Below are positions 43,991 through 47,628 of a DNA stretch of 47,628 nucleotides, in pieces. Location of the stretch: contig JAZUAQ010000049.1 in NCBI GenBank assembly GCA_045638085.1, forward strand, positions 1-47,628. The letters run 5' to 3'. The position numbers were made by a program, and so were the translations under genes. The notes beneath the pieces are model-generated. The model saw nothing but the letters and a program-made list of their open reading frames with translations, was not told the origin of the DNA and ran no database searches. Within the stretch, counting starts at the first letter, position 1; every line of letters starts with the position of its first letter. Source of the stretch: Oscillospiraceae bacterium. Its GTDB lineage: Bacteria > Bacillota > Clostridia > Oscillospirales > Oscillospiraceae.

Positions 43991-44421
43991 ACGCTTTTCT
44001 TCCTCCTAATACCCGTTTTGCTGCCGCGAGGCCCAGGAGCATTCCCCGCCTTGCGCTTTTCAATCCGCTGCCTCATAGCCTCTACACGCTCATAGGCCCC
44101 GGAATACTTTTCCTCGTTTTCCTGAGCAAGGGCTTTCAGAAAAGCCGCTGCCAGGCCGAGGTCTGTTATTGCGGCCATACTGCAGCCGCTTTTTCCGCTT
44201 ATGGACGATATCTCATCCTTTGTGAAAGGAACTTCAACAAGGACTGTGTTTGTTTCATAAACATAGCCTTCCGCACGGCGCTTAGCACCGTCGGAGGTAT
44301 CGCTTGCAACGATAAGAACTCTGGCCTTTCCGGCTTTTACAAGGCCGGAGGAATTATCCTCGCCCGTTTCCATACCGCCGCTTTTTCTTGCAATTCCAAG
44401 ATAATTAAGTGCCTTACTCAT
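43987..44421 (-). CDS. ylxQ: L7Ae-family RNA-binding protein YlxQ-like, with a basic C-terminal extension of about 40 aa
   Basis: [15 protein letters not shown]...[15 protein letters not shown]...S is the L7Ae/YlxQ core. ATG at 44421 overlaps the ylxR end by 8 nt. The stop overlaps the infB start (ATGA). Confidence 0.85.
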   Translation of the reverse strand: MSKALNYLGIARKSGGMETGEDNSSGLVKAGKARVLIVASDTSDGAKRRAEGYVYETNTVLVEVPFTKDEISSISGKSGCSMAAITDLGLAAAFLKALAQENEEKYSGAYERVEAMRQRIEKRKAGNAPGPRGSKTGIRRKKSV

Positions 44422-44683
44422 TTCCCGCCTCCATCTGCTCCGTAAGCTGAGCGTAGATTTCCTCGGGGATAGAAGTTTCAAAGGCGCGCTCGATTGCCTT
44501 GCTCTTCATAGCCTTTTTCAGGCAGGCCATTTCCGGACAGACATAGGCGCCCCGCCCGTTGGCCTTTCCCTTGAAGTCAAGACTTATTGCCCCTTCGGGA
44601 GACCTTACTACACGGATAAGTTCCCTTTTGGGCTTCATTTCACGGCAGCCAAGGCACTGCCGCATAGGTATTTTCTTCTGCAC
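44414..44683 (-). CDS. ylxR: YlxR/DUF448 RNA-binding protein
   Basis: 89 aa. PMRQCLGCRE...ELIRVV motif. GTG start 8 nt after AAGGAGG. Confidence 0.9.
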   Translation of the reverse strand: MQKKIPMRQCLGCREMKPKRELIRVVRSPEGAISLDFKGKANGRGAYVCPEMACLKKAMKSKAIERAFETSIPEEIYAQLTEQMEAGNE

Positions 44684-44713
44684 GATGACTGCCTCCTTTT
44701 AGGAAAATTAATC

Positions 44714-45766
44714 TTATGCTTCGCTCTCGGGCTTGATGTCGATCTTATAGCCGGTGAGCTTTGCTGCAAGGCGGGCATTCTGGCCTTCCTTGCCGATGGC
44801 GAGGGAAAGCTGAGAATCGGGAACGATTACGCGGCAGCTCTTGCCGTCCTCAAGCTGAGTAACGGAAACGACCTCAGCGGGAGCAAGGGATGCAGCAACA
44901 TATTCCTCGATATACTCGCTGTACTTAACGATGTCTATCTTCTCGCCGCAGAGTTCTTCAACAATGCTGGCAACGCGGCCGCCCTTGGGACCTACACAGG
45001 AACCGATGGGGTCGACTTCCTCAATATTGGACCAAACAGCCATCTTGGTGCGGCTGCCGGCCTCGCGGGCGATGGATTTGATTTCAACAGTGCCGTCAAA
45101 AATCTCGGGAACTTCAAGCTCAAACAGACGCTTTACAAGACCGGGATGGGTACGGGATACAAGAACCTGAGGACCGCGGGTGGAGTTGCGGACTTCAACA
45201 ACATAGACCTTAACTCTGCTGCCTTCCTTCAGTTCCTCGCCCTTGATCTGCTCATTTGCAGGCATAACAGCCTCGGTATACTCGCTGTTGGAGCTGATCT
45301 TGATGGAGAGGCTGCCGTTCTTGGGATCGATGCGGGAGACGGTGCCGGTGAGGATCTCATGCTCTTTGTTGTTGAACTCCTCGTAAACGATGCCACGCTC
45401 TGCCTCGCGGATACCCTGAATGATGACCTGCTTTGCAGCCTGAGCGGCAATGCGGCCGAACTTCTTGGTGTCAACGGGAATCTTTACGATTCCGCCAACC
45501 TTGGCGCGCTTGGAGACGGCCTTTGCAGCATCAAGATTCAGCTGAGTTGCGGGATTTTCAACTTCCTCAACAACTTCCATCTCGATATACATATCGATCT
45601 TTTTCTTTTCTTCGTTCATCTCGATGACAATATTATCAGCAGCTTCGGGGTTATCCTTGCGGAATGCAGCCATCATTGCCTGATGAATCTTGTCATACAT
45701 ATACTGTCTGGAAATGCCCTTTTCCTTTTCGAGAGCTTCAATAGCAACAAAAAATTCAGCGTTCAT
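44714..45766 (-). CDS. nusA: transcription termination/antitermination factor NusA
   Basis: 350 aa with an N-terminal domain, S1 domain and two KH domains (GPKGGRV, IGKEGQNARLA). Confidence 0.97.
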   Translation of the reverse strand: MNAEFFVAIEALEKEKGISRQYMYDKIHQAMMAAFRKDNPEAADNIVIEMNEEKKKIDMYIEMEVVEEVENPATQLNLDAAKAVSKRAKVGGIVKIPVDTKKFGRIAAQAAKQVIIQGIREAERGIVYEEFNNKEHEILTGTVSRIDPKNGSLSIKISSNSEYTEAVMPANEQIKGEELKEGSRVKVYVVEVRNSTRGPQVLVSRTHPGLVKRLFELEVPEIFDGTVEIKSIAREAGSRTKMAVWSNIEEVDPIGSCVGPKGGRVASIVEELCGEKIDIVKYSEYIEEYVAASLAPAEVVSVTQLEDGKSCRVIVPDSQLSLAIGKEGQNARLAAKLTGYKIDIKPESEA

Positions 45767-45798
45767 TTATATATTCTCCTTAAAACTTATATCTCTGA

Positions 45799-46257
45799 TC
45801 AAATCACAACGCGAAGGCGGACAGATGCGACAACTTCCTTTTCGAAGCTCATCTCAATTCCGCCCACATCGACACTTACTTTTCCGTCCTCATAGGCGGA
45901 GAGAGTTCCCTGGTAGCTCTTGCGGCCTTCAACTGCCTTATAAAGCTTGACTTCAACATTGCTTCCCATAAAACGCTCAAAGTCCGAGGGACGCTTGAGC
46001 TGGCGCTCGGCACCTGCAGAGCTGACCTCGAAAACATAGCTTCCGTCAATGGGGTCTGCCTCGTCCAGAATGGGGTCCATCTCGCGGCTGAAAGCTTCGC
46101 AATCATTGATGAAAATTCCACCCTCGAGCTTATCGATATATACTCTCAGATACCACTCTCCTGCTTCCTTCAGGTACTCAACATCCCAGATATCAAGACC
46201 CATTTTTTCGGCAACAGGGAGAGCCAGATCATATACGCGCTGTGCAATTTTATTCAT
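45799..46257 (-). CDS. rimP: ribosome maturation factor RimP
   Basis: 152 aa. First gene of the nusA-infB operon. Contains …LRVYIDK… and …EVSSAG.ERQLK… motifs. Confidence 0.9.
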   Translation of the reverse strand: MNKIAQRVYDLALPVAEKMGLDIWDVEYLKEAGEWYLRVYIDKLEGGIFINDCEAFSREMDPILDEADPIDGSYVFEVSSAGAERQLKRPSDFERFMGSNVEVKLYKAVEGRKSYQGTLSAYEDGKVSVDVGGIEMSFEKEVVASVRLRVVI

Positions 46258-46300
46258 AGTTTACACCATTTCCCAATTTCTTACATTCTATTTTTGCTTG

Positions 46301-46326
46301 CAAAAAAGAGTGGGGGGCGCCCACTC
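46301..46326 (-). terminator. leader hairpin plus U6 between the rimP promoter and rimP (candidate attenuator)
   Basis: Minus-strand RNA forms GAGUGGG-CGCCC-CCCACUC (7-bp stem, 46326-46308) followed by UUUUUU (46307-46302). It lies about 45 nt upstream of the rimP ATG. Confidence 0.45.
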
Positions 46327-46352
46327 AGTCAAACTTCTTATCCAACGCTGAT

Positions 46353-46381
46353 AGTATAACATTCTATATATAAAAAATCAA
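46353..46381 (-). promoter_or_regulatory. promoter for the rimP-nusA-infB operon
   Basis: On the minus strand: TTGATT (46381-46376), 17-nt spacer, TATACT (46358-46353). Confidence 0.55.
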
Positions 46382-46481
46382 GAGCTTTTTTTGTGTATAT
46401 TTCCCTAAAATTCCAAGCTTTTCAAGGAAAACAGCCTATGATAAAATGTTAAAAAAGCCTGTGAAACGGGGGAGGTTTATT

Positions 46482-47123
46482 ATGGCATCGCGAATCATAC
46501 ATCTTGCCGTTGCGGATGCGCTGCTGCGGGAATTTGACATTGATAATCCTGCGCGTTTTCGTCTCGGCTCAATTTTGCCCGACGCAAAAATAGATTCCCA
46601 TCTCCGTGCCGCTCCCCATTTTCAGACAGCGCTGCCAAACGGTCTTACGACCTATAAGCTCAGGGAATTTCTCTCCCTCTACGGAGAGCGGATGCAAGGT
46701 GACAGCCTCTATCTTGGCTACTACCTCCATCTTATTCAGGATATTTTCTACAGAAGATATATGTATGCCCTTCCCCACTGGGATGCAAGAATATGGGAAA
46801 ATGTGATCAAGCTCCATAGCGACTACAGAAAGATAAACCGCTATATAATTGAAAATCACGAACTGGAAAACGGCATTATTCTCCCCTCGGATTTTTCTAA
46901 GGAGGATATAAACCAGCGCTTTGAGTTTGACATGGCAGGCTTTCTCCGTGAGCTTGAGGGTGATTTCGAATGCAGCAGCGAGGGTGAATACCACTACTTC
47001 ACCCCACAAATGGCGGATGAGTATCTCGCAATTGCCATAAATGCCTGCCGCAGCGAACTTATCGCAATAAGGGAAGGTCTTCCGCTTTTGGACGAAGTTG
47101 AAATGGCATGGGGCAAAGAATAA
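46482..47123 (+). CDS. hypothetical protein (213 aa), possibly a zinc-dependent phospholipase-C-like / metal-hydrolase fold
   Basis: ATG at 46482 lies 7 nt after GGGGGAGG. N-terminus MASRIIHLAVADAL plus later H/D-rich motifs (LPDAKIDSH, YYLHLIQD). The family call is tentative. Confidence 0.7.
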   Translation: MASRIIHLAVADALLREFDIDNPARFRLGSILPDAKIDSHLRAAPHFQTALPNGLTTYKLREFLSLYGERMQGDSLYLGYYLHLIQDIFYRRYMYALPHWDARIWENVIKLHSDYRKINRYIIENHELENGIILPSDFSKEDINQRFEFDMAGFLRELEGDFECSSEGEYHYFTPQMADEYLAIAINACRSELIAIREGLPLLDEVEMAWGKE

Positions 47124-47147
47124 AGGGTGTGGAAATCCACACCCTTT
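47122..47147. terminator. bidirectional terminator between convergent genes
   Basis: AAAGGGTGTGG / CCACACCCTTT, 11-bp stem, loop AAAT. Confidence 0.8.
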
Positions 47148-47152
47148 ATTCT

Positions 47153-47611
47153 TTATGTCAGATATGCAAATGTTTTGCCAAGCTGAACATCAAAACCCAG
47201 AGACTTATACATTTCCTCGTCGCAGGGAGCGCAGCAGACACTGAGGCTTGATAATCCTCTCTCTGCGCACCATTTTTGAGCTTCCGCTGCCAGCATGCGG
47301 GCGATACCTTTTCCTCTGAAAGCCGGTTCAATGTAGAAATCTTCAAAAACCGCTGTCTCGGCGCAGGAAAACGTTGACCAACATTCCGCCACAGAGCACA
47401 TACCAACAGCGCGGTATCCTCGCTTTGCAATGAAAAATTTGATCTTTCCTTCCCTTATAGCTTTGGAAAGAGCTTCCTGCTTTTCCTCGCTCAAAGCTTC
47501 TTCACCGATTTCTTTAAGAAATCCGTTCTCAAGCTTTTTAAGCTGCCAGTCAGCAGCATCTTCCAAAAGCTCAATGTTTATGAGAAGTTCGTCCTTTGGC
47601 GGTAAAATCAT
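47153..47611 (-). CDS. GNAT-family N-acetyltransferase
   Basis: Acetyl-CoA-binding motif FRGKGIARML in the usual position. ATG at 47611 lies 6 nt after GGGGAGAG; the track start at 47614 is a TTG. Confidence 0.8.
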   Translation of the reverse strand: MILPPKDELLINIELLEDAADWQLKKLENGFLKEIGEEALSEEKQEALSKAIREGKIKFFIAKRGYRAVGMCSVAECWSTFSCAETAVFEDFYIEPAFRGKGIARMLAAEAQKWCAERGLSSLSVCCAPCDEEMYKSLGFDVQLGKTFAYLT

Positions 47612-47628
47612 CAAAGGCTCTCCCCACT

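Noticed and set aside
9673-44095. Family of very long ORFs antisense to real genes. Examples: 9673-11094, 13464-14528, 14568-15779, 16210-17094, 17015-19198, 20165-22405, 22071-23603, 27889-28641, 28921-29811, 31665-33212, 33637-35040, 36166-37005, 40327-41085, 41765-44095 and 45146-45895.
   Set aside because: Each lies opposite a gene with unmistakable family motifs, such as glnA, lon, clpX, clpP/tig, thrC, rbgA, murF and infB. Several span two or three real genes. Their products are A/G/L/V-rich low-complexity sequence without RBSs. They are explained by the host's avoidance of TTA, CTA and TCA codons, which removes stops from the opposite strand.
1-47628. Defence island, prophage, ICE, toxin-antitoxin, retron, DGR or CRISPR-Cas content
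   Set aside because: I saw no integrase, recombinase, transposase, reverse transcriptase, cas, restriction-modification, Abi or small paired toxin/antitoxin ORFs on either strand. The only mobility-related signals are the tRNA-associated repeat features reported as findings.

Overview
This is a 47.6-kb chromosomal segment that reads like a Gram-positive anaerobe of class Clostridia, possibly Oscillospiraceae/Ruminococcaceae-like. That assignment is inferred from gene order and codon style; no database search was run. All family calls come from motifs I recognise in the translations.

I count about 46 protein genes and 2 tRNAs. Most of the window is core housekeeping, mainly on the minus strand:
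- tig, clpP-clpX, lon-engB
- lepB-rbgA-rnhB-yraN-thrC
- rplS, with its own promoter and a structured leader
- a B12/radical-SAM gene plus a DUF2344 gene
- an M23 peptidase translationally coupled to a minimal M50 site-2 protease (SpoIVFA/FB-like layout)
- ddl-murF
- rimP-nusA-ylxR-ylxQ-infB-rbfA-DHH-truB-ribF
- also glnA, a MATE exporter, kdgK plus a 2-hydroxyacid dehydrogenase, and two GNAT acetyltransferases

I find no CRISPR array, integrase, transposase, prophage, toxin-antitoxin pair or recognisable defence module. I cannot point to a clear multi-gene novel system.

The unusual parts are small:
1. A 200-bp array of eight perfect GTGAAAT/ATTTCAC heptamers sits just downstream of tRNA-Leu, interleaved with unrelated mini-palindromes. 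It is followed by a compositionally atypical two-gene islet.
2. An orphan 2-TM protein with a possibly degenerate Nudix-like domain heads the kdgK operon.
3. tRNA-Pro has a perfect 32-nt duplicate of its 3' end 177 bp downstream, amid stacked terminators. This looks like an att-site scar.
4. A second lipoprotein/GNAT/lipoprotein islet lies at 24.3-26.7 kb.

Many long ORFs in the supplied track are antisense shadows of real genes and are rejected.
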